Positions 18,926 through 28,458 are shown, counted from the stretch's first letter. The stretch: DNA of 64,000 nucleotides from a virus (IMGVR_UViG_3300046804_001959); one strand, 5' to 3'. Translations and numbers: made by a program. Notes: a model not told the origin generated them from the sequence alone.

Positions 18926-19185
18926 ACTTGTAACCCCGTAACTTGTTTGATGTATTGAGTGGCAATACTCTGTGCCGTCTCGGTAGCACCGACGATGACT
19001 GTATCAGAGATCACCACGTTGTTGTCAGGAGCTGACATCATCCATGGCATCATAGCGAAACCGTTAGGTCCCATGCCAACTGTACGCGGTTTAATAAGTT
19101 CCGTGACTCCGTTCTCTTGTTTAACTCGCGAGATTACTTCCTCGCCAGACATGAGCTTGATAGTATATACTTTATTCTGTTCCAT
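18922..19185 (-). CDS. hypothetical protein
   Basis: 87-aa ORF. Confidence 0.35.
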   Translation of the reverse strand: MEQNKVYTIKLMSGEEVISRVKQENGVTELIKPRTVGMGPNGFAMMPWMMSAPDNNVVISDTVIVGATETAQSIATQYIKQVTGLQV

Positions 19186-19441
19186 TTTTCACCTTATGTA
19201 CTGCTTCCATTGCACGTGCTGGTCCCCATGATTCGAGATACGGAGCATCTTCGAAGAAGAGGACTGGGATTTCTTCGTCAGACACTACACGACAACCGAC
19301 AATGGCTTCGTCGATGTGCTTCTGTCCGAACTCTTCAGCTTCTTGCATGCTTACAGTATCCTTCGCATGCTCTGGACTGTCACACTCAATGACATAACGC
19401 ATGCGAAACATGCTGATAGTTTCAACTAGATATTTTGACAT
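19172..19441 (-). CDS. hypothetical protein
   Basis: 89-aa ORF. Confidence 0.35.
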   Translation of the reverse strand: MSKYLVETISMFRMRYVIECDSPEHAKDTVSMQEAEEFGQKHIDEAIVGCRVVSDEEIPVLFFEDAPYLESWGPARAMEAVHKVKNGTE

Positions 19442-19623
19442 TACAGGTTTCCTAACTCTTTCACAACGTCTTTACGACTTGCCCAGTGTCTTGCCCACTC
19501 TTCAGCAGCTTCTACAGTCCTGTGTGTATTTGTCTGAGGCTGACACCAAATCGGTAGCCACCAACGCCAGTGCTGAACTTCGTAACCGCTATAGCGATCT
19601 TTTACGATTCGATATTTAGCCAT
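19441..19623 (-). CDS. hypothetical protein
   Basis: 60-aa, Trp-rich ORF. Confidence 0.3.
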   Translation of the reverse strand: MAKYRIVKDRYSGYEVQHWRWWLPIWCQPQTNTHRTVEAAEEWARHWASRKDVVKELGNL

Positions 19624-19837
19624 TCATAATCTCCTGAAACTCAGTTTCACCGAGGCAACTTGAGTAGCTCCATGTTCTATCACAAACATGGCAAGACACC
19701 ATTCCTGAAGTCACGTTACGATCTGGATTGATATTGTTGCCATGCTTATCATAGACCGGAGGATAGTATGCACACGTAGTCATACCCATGCCGACATTGA
19801 ATCGGCATTCTCCTTCACAACCAGGATTAGGGTTCAA
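19616..19837 (-). CDS. Cys-rich small protein
   Basis: 73 aa with CEGEC...C...CHVCD...C. Confidence 0.3.
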   Translation of the reverse strand: MNPNPGCEGECRFNVGMGMTTCAYYPPVYDKHGNNINPDRNVTSGMVSCHVCDRTWSYSSCLGETEFQEIMNG

Positions 19838-20078
19838 GACCCATATCCTTCAACTGTTCAGGAGTAGAATACCACTTGAGCAGAAGTTCAAGAGCATCGA
19901 TGTGCTTCTGGATCTGAGCATCATCTGCTTCCTGATCACCCCACACAAACACCCACTTACCAGCTCCGAGGTCCTGCTTCAGAGTTTCCCATGTGTTACG
20001 AAGCTGACCAACGACGATGTTGTCGATGGTTTCCCAATCAAGTTCTACAGAAATCTTAGACATATCAAAGTGCTCCAA
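19827..20078 (-). CDS. hypothetical protein
   Basis: 83-aa ORF. Confidence 0.35.
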   Translation of the reverse strand: MEHFDMSKISVELDWETIDNIVVGQLRNTWETLKQDLGAGKWVFVWGDQEADDAQIQKHIDALELLLKWYSTPEQLKDMGLEP

Positions 20079-21201
20079 AGTAGTTAAAGGTTTGCTGCTT
20101 CTCGCGAGTCAGCTTGAGGCGAGTGCCGTCCTTGGCACGATACTCAAAGGTTCCGGTCTGACCGTTGACGTTGAACAGTTCAGACTGATCGAAGCTGTAA
20201 GTCAGATCGCCTTCGTCATCGTTTCCGAGAATGGCGTTGATAGCATCGCTACCGTTGTCGTTCAGCTCGATAACGATGGTGTTGCAAGCCAGCGGGTTGC
20301 GGTTCCACGTCTTGTTGTACAGATACTTATCTTCGATTTGAGTACCGTCAGCTTCGAACAACTCGACCTTGAACTTGGCCTCGTCACGATTGTCGTACTC
20401 AGGCTTGGCATTCAGCAGCTGCATGACCTGCTGTGGAGTTTCACCGTAGCGATTCATGTCCTCGACCATTGCCTTGAGCATATCGAAGTTGAACTCAGTG
20501 AACAGCGTGGCGATCTTAACGATCTGATCGATATGAGTCTTATCTTCGAGATTATCGTTGCAGTACTCGATGATGAATTCGCCTGTGAGACCCTTGAAGT
20601 CGATCATGTAGAAGATACGACCAGGACGATTGCGCATGTGCTGGTCGATCCGCCATTTGTCGTTGCAAGTCAGGACGAACAGCTTCTTCGAAGGGAACAC
20701 ACCATCGAGCAGAGTCAAGATAGCTTCCTGCTTACGATGATCGTAGACCTTCTCGAACTCGTCGAAGAGAACGATGCAGGGCTGATCGATATCGGCAAGG
20801 AACTTGTTGAAGTTATCTCCAGACCAATCGTTGTTGATGACGATGGTCGGAATATCGTAGTTGTAGCCTAGGATCGAGAGCTGCTTAGCAAGCAGAGTCT
20901 TACCAGAACCCTTCTCGCCAGTCAGCATGACACCGGTGCTGGAAGGACGATCACCGAACGTACGATGAATACGGTCAGCATGCCGCAGACAGTCGCCGTA
21001 GTACTTACTCAGCGGCTTGAACTTGTCAGTTTCCTCGAGATAGAGGTTTCCAAACTGATCCTGCTTGATGATATAGTTACCAGCAGGCAACTTCTCGTGC
21101 AGATCGAGAGCAGCTTCGTCAGAGACGCGATACGTATTACCAGAACGAAGAAAATAAGTCACAGTATCATCCTTTACAGCGTTGATAGACCTTTCTACCA
21201 A
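20065..21201 (-). CDS. P-loop (AAA-type) ATPase
   Basis: Walker A MLTGEKGSGKT and Walker B IVLFDEFE. 378 aa. Confidence 0.6.
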   Translation of the reverse strand: MVERSINAVKDDTVTYFLRSGNTYRVSDEAALDLHEKLPAGNYIIKQDQFGNLYLEETDKFKPLSKYYGDCLRHADRIHRTFGDRPSSTGVMLTGEKGSGKTLLAKQLSILGYNYDIPTIVINNDWSGDNFNKFLADIDQPCIVLFDEFEKVYDHRKQEAILTLLDGVFPSKKLFVLTCNDKWRIDQHMRNRPGRIFYMIDFKGLTGEFIIEYCNDNLEDKTHIDQIVKIATLFTEFNFDMLKAMVEDMNRYGETPQQVMQLLNAKPEYDNRDEAKFKVELFEADGTQIEDKYLYNKTWNRNPLACNTIVIELNDNGSDAINAILGNDDEGDLTYSFDQSELFNVNGQTGTFEYRAKDGTRLKLTREKQQTFNYFGAL

Positions 21202-21223
21202 CTTTCACACTTATTGTACACCC

Positions 21224-21496
21224 TTAATACTCAGGGCCCCAAGATTTATCAGTACGTTCATACACTTGAAACCAGTCTACACCGTATGCAGGACAGACGT
21301 GTATCTGTTTAGGTAGGTTGTTACTATCTTTCTCTCCACCTTCACCGCAGATGAAGTAGATATCGCCCATCTGCTCATGAAGCAGCTCGTGCTTGATCAG
21401 AGACTTGATCTTACGGAGCTCACGAAGCTCACCTTCGTACGCTTCTACTTCGAGGTTCATCTTACTTTCTATCCAAAATAATGCTACCGGCAACAA
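21224..21496 (-). CDS. hypothetical protein
   Basis: 90-aa ORF. Confidence 0.35.
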   Translation of the reverse strand: MLPVALFWIESKMNLEVEAYEGELRELRKIKSLIKHELLHEQMGDIYFICGEGGEKDSNNLPKQIHVCPAYGVDWFQVYERTDKSWGPEY

Positions 21497-21544
21497 CCAA
21501 TACGAGTTGAGCTACAAACAACCCGCCAAAGATATACATACCTG

Positions 21545-22654
21545 TCATACTTCCTTCTCCACAATAATCGAGCAACACTTACCACCAAATCCAAACGAGT
21601 TCACCAACACCTTCTTGACATCAGTATCGATGTTCTCTGTCACCACATCCATGTCTGTGTCCTTGCATCCAGCAGTATGAGGGATCACGCTGTTCTGAAT
21701 TGAAAGAATGCTGTAGATGGTCTCGAGTACACCAGCTGCAGCGAACGTATGACCAATCTTACCTTTGTTGGAGTAGATCGGTGCATCAGTAAACTCTCGA
21801 ACCACGTTGTACTCTACCACATCTCCGAGTGGTGTACTCGTTCCATGAGAGTTGACCGAGTCAACGCCTTCAAGATCTAGTTTTTCAAGACACGCGCGAG
21901 CACCAGTCCCAGAAGGAGCAGTAGTATCGTGTGCGTCAGAAGCATTTGCCACTCCTGTAATACGAGCATACACCTTCGAACCCATCTGTTCGGCTTTCTC
22001 GCGAGACTGCAGAATGATGCAACCTGCTCCTTCACCCATGATAAAGCCATCACGATTCTTATCGAAAGGACGAGATACCTTACCAAGTGCTCTGATTACA
22101 GAGAAGAAGTACAGATCCATGGCATTGACACCTGCATCGGATCCACCTACGATCACGTAGTCGTAGTCGTCGAGCAGTCGCATGGCATAGTCGATGCTGA
22201 CCAGCCCGGTCGCACACGCCGAGTATGTCATGGTATTGATACCAGTGTATCCGTACTTGATCGAGATCTGACTGCAGAGGTAATCCATCGTCGAGCGAAG
22301 GATCTGCTTCGGCATAAGCCTCTTGCCAGCTGCCTGAGCTTTTGCTTTCGAAGAGTTTCCGCCGGTGAGAGTCGAAAAGATCACACCTACGTTAGACGAA
22401 TGTGGTAGAGCAGCCATCTGTAGTGCTTGATCGACTGCATGCATGCCATAGTAGACTGTACGGGGAGTCAAATCTTCGTCGATCTTGACATCGGGATAGA
22501 ACCCGTACTGTACTTTTAGACCGTGGCCTTCATGAACATGAGGATCGATAGGCATATGAAAGTCATGGTCGTTGAGCATGTTTTTCCAACACGTAATAGG
22601 ATTATCTCCTAACGCGTCGATCATGCCAAACCCAACTACACAAGCTTCTTTCAT
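21545..22654 (-). CDS. Beta-ketoacyl-(acyl-carrier-protein) synthase, FabF/FabB-like (KAS I/II fold)
   Basis: Active-site Cys in YSACATGLVSIDYA, His in HGTSTPLGD, Lys/His in KGKIGHTFAAAG, C-terminal NSFGFGGKCCS. 369 aa. Confidence 0.8.
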   Translation of the reverse strand: MKEACVVGFGMIDALGDNPITCWKNMLNDHDFHMPIDPHVHEGHGLKVQYGFYPDVKIDEDLTPRTVYYGMHAVDQALQMAALPHSSNVGVIFSTLTGGNSSKAKAQAAGKRLMPKQILRSTMDYLCSQISIKYGYTGINTMTYSACATGLVSIDYAMRLLDDYDYVIVGGSDAGVNAMDLYFFSVIRALGKVSRPFDKNRDGFIMGEGAGCIILQSREKAEQMGSKVYARITGVANASDAHDTTAPSGTGARACLEKLDLEGVDSVNSHGTSTPLGDVVEYNVVREFTDAPIYSNKGKIGHTFAAAGVLETIYSILSIQNSVIPHTAGCKDTDMDVVTENIDTDVKKVLVNSFGFGGKCCSIIVEKEV

Positions 22655-23067
22655 TCTACAACCTTCTTGTATCGATTAATCGTGCCATCTGGTTCAACTA
22701 CCATGATCTCATCGAGATCCTTGTTCTCGGCCATGACACGATGTTCACCTTCGGCAATCACACGATCGTGTTCACGAAGCTTACGCATCACAGCGTTCGC
22801 TATACCATACTTATTACGATCGGTATCGATAGCCTCTTGTGCTGCATCAGCACATGCACGATACAGTTCGTCAGGAAGTTCCCAACTCATTTCTGTAACG
22901 ACGTTACGGCCGTCTGGCATCTTTCCAAGACCACCGACTCGGCGAAGATATGCTTGGCCACCGTCTACCGAGATGGTTCCACAATGGCAAGTTACGAAGT
23001 CATGACGGTGTTTCGAGACGATGAACTCGCCACACTTATTACAAATCACTGCATTCTGAACGATCAT
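22651..23067 (-). CDS. Zinc-ribbon protein
   Basis: CNKCGEF...CHCG gives four Cys. 138 aa. Confidence 0.4.
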   Translation of the reverse strand: MIVQNAVICNKCGEFIVSKHRHDFVTCHCGTISVDGGQAYLRRVGGLGKMPDGRNVVTEMSWELPDELYRACADAAQEAIDTDRNKYGIANAVMRKLREHDRVIAEGEHRVMAENKDLDEIMVVEPDGTINRYKKVVE

Positions 23068-23294
23068 GCTACGAGCCTTTCATGCACTTGCTTGATGTGC
23101 TTACACTTGTTGTAGAAGTTGAAACCTGGACAATCGCATACCCAACCTTGATCGAGCATCGTCACGTGGTACTGCTTACCCTTACAGTTGACGTAAGGCC
23201 AAGTCAGACCGACCAGATGGTGATCATGAAAATTCACCCCAGGCAAAGCCAGAGGTGTGCGAAAAGCGGAGTATCGAGGTGTATGGTCAATCAT
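23064..23294 (-). CDS. SWIM zinc-finger protein
   Basis: VCDCPGFNFYNKCKHIK matches the SWIM pattern CxCx(n)CxH. Confidence 0.5.
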   Translation of the reverse strand: MIDHTPRYSAFRTPLALPGVNFHDHHLVGLTWPYVNCKGKQYHVTMLDQGWVCDCPGFNFYNKCKHIKQVHERLVA

Positions 23295-23474
23295 GTATTC
23301 ACCTTACTACGAAAAATTAATTTTGTACACCCCCTAAAGCGAGCAGTATCAAAATTATAAAAAGAAAACCGTAGAAGACAAACCGAAAATAAATCTTGGC
23401 GACCTTGAGTCCGATCCAAAGAAAGAAACCCAAGGCCGCCAAGAACGGCGTAGCCAGCAAGAGGAGCAGAAAGC

Positions 23475-23930
23475 TCAGCACCGTCTCTTACCGGTCGCCG
23501 GGTCGGCCGCATCAGACTTGGAAAGGACAACAAGTCCGCCTTTGTTATAGGCTTGGCCGACGATATAATTACTACTGACTTCGAGCTTGGCCCGCTCGTA
23601 AGCCACGTCCTTCGTGAAGTGTGTACCGATCTCGTTCTGAGAAGGGTATTGCTTGCGGTGGTCCGATACCTTGTACTGAGGCATCGCCGTACCACGAAGC
23701 TTAGGCTTGTAGTTGCCTTGACGGTAGTCGATGTACTCGTCGAGAGTCTTGGACTTGATACCGAAACGCTTGTTGCGCTTGCAGTCCTCGCGCCATTCCA
23801 TGCAATACTTATGGAACTGAGCGTCGCTGAGTTTAGACTTACGCTTACTGTGATTGGTGGTAGTGTAAGCAGGACCAAGAAGATGCATTGTCATAGTAAC
23901 CTCCAGATCCTGGTATACACTACCAGCCAA
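23475..23930 (-). CDS. hypothetical protein
   Basis: 151-aa ORF. The overlapping ORF 23291..23878 in another frame is judged spurious. Confidence 0.4.
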   Translation of the reverse strand: MAGSVYQDLEVTMTMHLLGPAYTTTNHSKRKSKLSDAQFHKYCMEWREDCKRNKRFGIKSKTLDEYIDYRQGNYKPKLRGTAMPQYKVSDHRKQYPSQNEIGTHFTKDVAYERAKLEVSSNYIVGQAYNKGGLVVLSKSDAADPATGKRRC

Positions 23931-23943
23931 TTATTGTACATGC

Positions 23944-24759
23944 TTACTTGACGTTGATGATGCCCTTAAAGTCGTAAGGCACAACGACCGAGTGGACCTT
24001 GCCGTTCTTCACACCTTCGGCAATGTCCTGTAGAGCCATCGCAGCCATGTACTGAGTAGCACCACGGTTGGCGTTCAGAGCAGCGATACGCTCGGCTTCG
24101 AGCTTAGCGGTCTGAACTTCAACCTGCTTACGCTTCTGTTCGTTCTGAGCCTGAACGAGAGCGTTAGCCGAGGCAACGATGTTATCAGCAGGCTTGATCG
24201 AACGAACCAGAACCTGCGAGACGTCGATCACACCGTCAAGCTTTTCAGCTGCCAACTGAGCAACGATTTCCTGACGAACCAGGTTTTCGATCTCTGCGCG
24301 GTTATCAGCCATCTTCAACGACTCGTACTTACGAGCAACCTTATAAGCAGCGTTACGACCGAGCTGACGAACATAGTTGTACATCAGCAGCGTGTCACCT
24401 TCTTCGGTATCAGCATGGAAGCCACGGTTCTTCTCGATGTAGATCTCAGCGACAGAGGTCGGGTTGATCGAGTAAATGACCGACAGATCGAAGTCAGCGA
24501 TCGTCGAGTTGTCAGCAGCCAGCGGAGTCATGTCGGTAATGTCAACCGAGACGTCCTTGGTCGGGAACGTCAGCACGTCACCGAAGATAACCTGGTTGAC
24601 AGTACCAGGCTGCAGCTCAGTGGTCTCGATGGTCTTGTCGAACGAGCGACGAACACCGACTTCGCCAGTTTCGATTCGAGTACATGCAGCCGAAGCGATA
24701 GCGAGAGCCGAGACAGCAGCGAGCTTAAGATAACGATTCATTCTAAATAGTCCTTTCAA
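23944..24759 (-). CDS. SPFH/band-7 (prohibitin/HflK-like) lipoprotein
   Basis: Signal peptide plus lipobox (LAIASAAC), a band-7 domain, and a C-terminal coiled coil with an Ala/Gln-rich tail. Confidence 0.6.
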   Translation of the reverse strand: MKGLFRMNRYLKLAAVSALAIASAACTRIETGEVGVRRSFDKTIETTELQPGTVNQVIFGDVLTFPTKDVSVDITDMTPLAADNSTIADFDLSVIYSINPTSVAEIYIEKNRGFHADTEEGDTLLMYNYVRQLGRNAAYKVARKYESLKMADNRAEIENLVRQEIVAQLAAEKLDGVIDVSQVLVRSIKPADNIVASANALVQAQNEQKRKQVEVQTAKLEAERIAALNANRGATQYMAAMALQDIAEGVKNGKVHSVVVPYDFKGIINVK

Positions 24760-24935
24760 TTAAAACAAAATAACAATACAAGCAACAATCAAAAATGCCA
24801 AGATAGAACATGCTAAACTATACCCCGCGATCTTGGCGACTTGGAGTTGTTCTCGACCAGTCGCGGAGATAAACGCTTGAATGCCAAGGAATATCGCCGT
24901 GAAGATGGCCAAAAATGCAAAAACCATTTTAATCA
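24759..24935 (-). CDS. Small two-TM membrane protein
   Basis: Own translation of a 58-aa ORF absent from the ORF track (shorter than the track's apparent 60-aa cut-off): MIKMVFAFLAIFTAIFLGIQAF...LACSILAFLIVACIVILF. Confidence 0.35.
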
Positions 24936-25580
24936 TTAACCTGGTCCACTTCCATTACCCCAACCATCGTTGGCAGCTGGTTGATATCCAGCATAGTCCC
25001 AACGTTGTTGGATTCTTGCTTCAACTTCATCAAAATGCAACGGTGTAAAGTCTGTCTGTTCGACACACACGCACAAATAACGAGGATCTGGTTCGTCCAT
25101 CGTAAACGGCACTCCATTTGATGCCGTGTACTTTGTTACATTTCGCATGATCTGATTGGCATGCAGGTGACCGTGCACGTTCACACGGAATCGACCAGTC
25201 ACGCAGTCCGGATGCAGAGGGATATGGCTCAGGATGAACTTATCCACGAATACACGAACACCATGGATCTGCTCGAAGCCAACTTCACGATAGTCATCAT
25301 CACGGAAGATATCGTGGTTGCCACGGATCAGGATTTTGCGACCGTTCAGCTTCTTGACCAGATGCAGGTGCTTGCGATTGATCACCACATCACCGAGGAA
25401 GTAGACAGTGTCGTGTTCCTTGACCTTGGCATTGTGACGCTCGATCATAGTCTCGTTCATCTCGTCGTTTGACGTAAACGGTCGCAGCGGACTACCATCA
25501 GCCAGCTTGAACTTTTCCCACGAGTTCGTGTGACCAAAGTGATGGTCAGAGATCACGAACCGATTTACGAACTTTGTCAT
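24936..25580 (-). CDS. Calcineurin-like metallophosphoesterase
   Basis: Motifs DHHFGH, GDVV, GNHD and GHLH. Confidence 0.7.
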   Translation of the reverse strand: MTKFVNRFVISDHHFGHTNSWEKFKLADGSPLRPFTSNDEMNETMIERHNAKVKEHDTVYFLGDVVINRKHLHLVKKLNGRKILIRGNHDIFRDDDYREVGFEQIHGVRVFVDKFILSHIPLHPDCVTGRFRVNVHGHLHANQIMRNVTKYTASNGVPFTMDEPDPRYLCVCVEQTDFTPLHFDEVEARIQQRWDYAGYQPAANDGWGNGSGPG

Positions 25581-25659
25581 TTCATTGGTTTCCCGCAGCA
25601 GATTACTGTCTTCATTTCACTAGTGGTTTTCCTACCACATACAGAGCAGTATCGAACCA

Positions 25660-25806
25660 TTAATAATGGCCTTCTTCCCAACCGATGCGATATGCTTCTT
25701 GAATAAGAAGCTCAACTCGTTCGTTTTCAGTCTTGGCTTGATTCCACAGGCGATACAAATCTTTGTCGTTCTGGATTCTACGGAAAGCCTTTTCACGGAT
25801 AGTCAT
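25660..25806 (-). CDS. Small hypothetical protein (48 aa)
   Basis: Own translation: MTIREKAFRRIQNDKDLYRLWNQAKTENERVELLIQEAYRIGWEEGHY, with a GGAGA RBS 6 nt upstream. Confidence 0.3.
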   Translation of the reverse strand: MTIREKAFRRIQNDKDLYRLWNQAKTENERVELLIQEAYRIGWEEGHY

Positions 25807-25869
25807 AACGATCTCCATTCGGTATATTCTTACCCTATACCAAACAGCATAATATGTACACAGTTATTT

Positions 25870-26349
25870 TCACAGAACAGTGATTTTTGTGAAACCTTCT
25901 TCTTCAGTAGGCATCTGTGCACTGTTGACCATCGAAGCCAGAACCGAGTTCGGAATGGTCTTGCCTTGACGAGAGTCGAGACGACGAAACCATTCCTCTT
26001 CGCTAAACTCAACGGTTCCAGGCAGAGGGAACACCACAGCCTCGAACTCGTAGCCGTACGGCTTGAGGTAATCGATGAACTTCTTACGTGACTTTGCAGT
26101 CAAGTTCGTTCGATCGATTACCACATCGTTGCCACGTTCTGCATTCCATTCGAGACGCTTCCACATGATCTTCTCAGCAAGACTGATCGAGTCCTTGAAG
26201 ATCTGATCGTAGGTGAACCCGAACAAGCTTCCCATAAACTCGATGATGTTGTCAGTCGAGATAGGAGCCACCGTTGAGGTCTTGTTCTTACTAAACCACG
26301 TCGACTTTCCCGAGGCAGGAACACCAACAAGAATAGTGCAGTTAGGCAT
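25870..26349 (-). CDS. pnk: Polynucleotide 5-prime-kinase (T4 Pnk kinase-domain-only homologue)
   Basis: ILVGVPASGKSTW (P-loop) and VVIDRTNL...FEAVVF parallel the T4 Pnk N-terminal domain. 159 aa, with no HAD domain. Confidence 0.75.
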   Translation of the reverse strand: MPNCTILVGVPASGKSTWFSKNKTSTVAPISTDNIIEFMGSLFGFTYDQIFKDSISLAEKIMWKRLEWNAERGNDVVIDRTNLTAKSRKKFIDYLKPYGYEFEAVVFPLPGTVEFSEEEWFRRLDSRQGKTIPNSVLASMVNSAQMPTEEEGFTKITVL

Positions 26350-27613
26350 TATACTCTACTCCAGGAAACCAAGCATCGCGAATCGCTTCGTACTTTGCAG
26401 TCTTGGTCAGGTTGTTACGAATCGTATTGCGAACATCAGCCCAATACTTCTCGTTGCTGAGCTCTTCGAAGTTCTTGAAGATCAACGCTCGCATATACTG
26501 ATCATACTTTCCAGCATGTTCGATAGCAAAGGTCTTACGATCGATGTTATCGTTACGTATCCACTGCAACTCGTTAGCCAACACATAGGTTGCATCAGCA
26601 ACCGCAAGATTGAATTGACCTTCAAACTGCGTCAACCGGTCGCGATCCTCAGCAGGCAAATGAGCCTTCACGTCATCGAGCTTCTCATCGAGAATCAACT
26701 CAACGATGTTACGATCCTGAAGGATAGCTTCCTTAGCCTTGTGAATCTGCAGATACCAGTGGCACTTCAGCTTCAGCATATGACCATCGTCGAAACGAAC
26801 AACAAACCCCTCCAGATCCTCGAGGTCGCGAACGTACTCGAGGAACGACTTCATCGTATGATTGTCCATCTGCATGCCGATATCCCACTGACGAACAACA
26901 GGGATACGATACTGAGGAGCTACATCCATCATCCACTTAAACGAACGATACTCTCCGGTATGCATATTACGAGCAGCAGTCAAGATCAATTGATCTTCCT
27001 TATAGTCAAGAACAATACGCTGCTTACGCGAACACCATTCGAAGATCGGAGTGTAGCCGCATTCAATTACCCACTGAGCAAACCGAACGTACTCGGGATT
27101 GCGAGCAACGAACTCTTCGACAGGCTTTGCCACATCGGTAGCACCCATCTTCGTGCCCCAGATCATCTCACCATTCACAATGAACGGAGCGATCATCGAG
27201 CCATCCAGCTTCTCAAGGATAGCATGAGGACGAGACAGATCGACTACATGATCCTGAGTTTCTTCACGTTCGTTGACGTTGAAGAACTTATGGAACGGAC
27301 GACGAAGGATCTCGCCAGTCTCTGAGTCGAAGATGATACCACGACACTCACGACGAATGGCAGCCACACTATCTTCGATATAACGACTACCAATTAGTCC
27401 CGGTTCGGAATGAATAATCTCTTCGCGATAAACATCAGGAAACGTATCAGCCATCATCACGTTGTAGTTGATGACAGTATAGCCTTCCTTCTCAGCCACA
27501 ACGAATTCGTCGCGACCTTCGATTGCAGGCAGCACATCAGAGATGTTGATGATGGTGGGAAATTCGTAGTTCATGATAACCTCAAAAAGAAATGGTTGAA
27601 GCGACCGATCCAC
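26342..27613 (-). CDS. rnlA: RNA ligase 1 (T4 RnlA-like)
   Basis: ECRGIIFD, motif I EKLDGSM, motif IV EGFVVRF, KLK. Co-linear with T4 Rnl1. 423 aa. Confidence 0.8.
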   Translation of the reverse strand: MDRSLQPFLFEVIMNYEFPTIINISDVLPAIEGRDEFVVAEKEGYTVINYNVMMADTFPDVYREEIIHSEPGLIGSRYIEDSVAAIRRECRGIIFDSETGEILRRPFHKFFNVNEREETQDHVVDLSRPHAILEKLDGSMIAPFIVNGEMIWGTKMGATDVAKPVEEFVARNPEYVRFAQWVIECGYTPIFEWCSRKQRIVLDYKEDQLILTAARNMHTGEYRSFKWMMDVAPQYRIPVVRQWDIGMQMDNHTMKSFLEYVRDLEDLEGFVVRFDDGHMLKLKCHWYLQIHKAKEAILQDRNIVELILDEKLDDVKAHLPAEDRDRLTQFEGQFNLAVADATYVLANELQWIRNDNIDRKTFAIEHAGKYDQYMRALIFKNFEELSNEKYWADVRNTIRNNLTKTAKYEAIRDAWFPGVEYNA

Positions 27614-27700
27614 CCTGCAGTCACTAGCAATTTACGAAAGATCACTCGAGATCGCTTCAACCATTATCAGCTTACACTGATTTCGAAATATTGTACACCG

Positions 27701-27931
27701 TTAAGTGCGAGCAAAGTTACCGACTACTACGTTAGTATCGCCGAGCTCGCTCATACGAAAGCGAACGCGTGCTTCGACTTCACGACGAACTTCAGGATAA
27801 CGAGCCATCATCGTCAGAAGCAGAGACTCGAAGTAGCCAGCGTTGAAAGAGTAACGATGCTCAGCAGGAACGTCTGCGCTGTTGACAAGATAGTCAGTCA
27901 GGTCGAGGTCAGACTTATCACTCAGGTTCAT
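27701..27931 (-). CDS. Hypothetical protein. The likely start is an internal Met (MNLSDKSD...).
   Basis: The 124-aa ORF 27701..28075 begins inside the neighbouring gene, so a later start is more plausible. Confidence 0.35.
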   Translation of the reverse strand: MNLSDKSDLDLTDYLVNSADVPAEHRYSFNAGYFESLLLTMMARYPEVRREVEARVRFRMSELGDTNVVVGNFART

Positions 27932-27932
27932 A

Positions 27933-28157
27933 TCAATATCCTTCCTTATGCATTTGAATACCCTTGATGTGCGGCGAGATCTGGCTGGCAGAGTACTGAA
28001 CGCCGTGGATCTCGAAGAACCAACGACCACCGATACCGTTCTCGTTAGCAACCCATTCAAGGCTGAAGAAGTCACGATCGCGAGCAGGGCTAAAACCGAA
28101 GGTCCAAGGACGGCCGGTACGGATTTCGAAAGCGCCGCCAGAAAGAGTGGTAATCAT
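27933..28157 (-). CDS. Hypothetical protein. The start is reassigned to MITTLSGG...
   Basis: The ORF-track start (MMKDTNM) overlaps a TATAAT -10 element. An AAGGA RBS precedes the third Met. Confidence 0.4.
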   Translation of the reverse strand: MITTLSGGAFEIRTGRPWTFGFSPARDRDFFSLEWVANENGIGGRWFFEIHGVQYSASQISPHIKGIQMHKEGY

Positions 28158-28173
28158 GTTTGTGTCCTTCATC

Positions 28174-28222
28174 ATTATAGGTTTACCTTACCAAAGTTTT
28201 GATAAAATGTACACCCTAGAAA
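28174..28222 (-). promoter_or_regulatory. Promoter: GGGTGTACA, 17 nt, TAAGGT, then a downstream TATAAT
   Basis: Near-identical 50-nt copy at 38788..38835. Confidence 0.6.
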
Positions 28223-28458
28223 AACGAATCACGGCGCTTTTTTTCTTCTTTCTGCCACTTTTTGTAAAGCTTGTCGACGTCTCCGTGAGAGGCCAGCTTT
28301 GCTCGCATCAGCTCTTCCCCTTCAGGCAGGTTCCAGACCTCGAAAAATTCGATGCCCAGACAGATCTCATCGATGGTCTGATTTTCTTTCTCGATCATGC
28401 TGGTACTGAGGCTCTTGAGGGCGCCTGCGAGTTCTTCATCGGTAACTAGCTTCGTCAT
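28216..28458 (-). CDS. hypothetical protein
   Basis: 80 aa, with a GGAGAAG RBS and a promoter motif upstream. Confidence 0.45.
   Translation of the reverse strand: MTKLVTDEELAGALKSLSTSMIEKENQTIDEICLGIEFFEVWNLPEGEELMRAKLASHGDVDKLYKKWQKEEKKRRDSFF

Noticed and set aside
20017-20871. 284-aa plus-strand ORF
   Set aside because: It lies antisense to the well-supported P-loop ATPase gene (Walker A and B motifs). Leu/Val-rich antisense artefact.
20065-21201. Possibility that the P-loop ATPase is a PrrC-like anticodon nuclease or a second clamp loader
   Set aside because: The Walker A motif is present, but the C-terminal region shows no PrrC nuclease Arg/Glu/His triad pattern, and there are no RFC boxes. 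It is left as a generic ATPase.
23291-23878. 195-aa minus ORF rich in Ser/Thr/Arg
   Set aside because: It is an alternative frame of the 23475..23930 gene plus non-coding DNA. Low-complexity composition with no RBS.
26213-27325. 370-aa plus-strand ORF
   Set aside because: Antisense to the Rnl1 gene, whose translation matches T4 RNA ligase 1 along its length.
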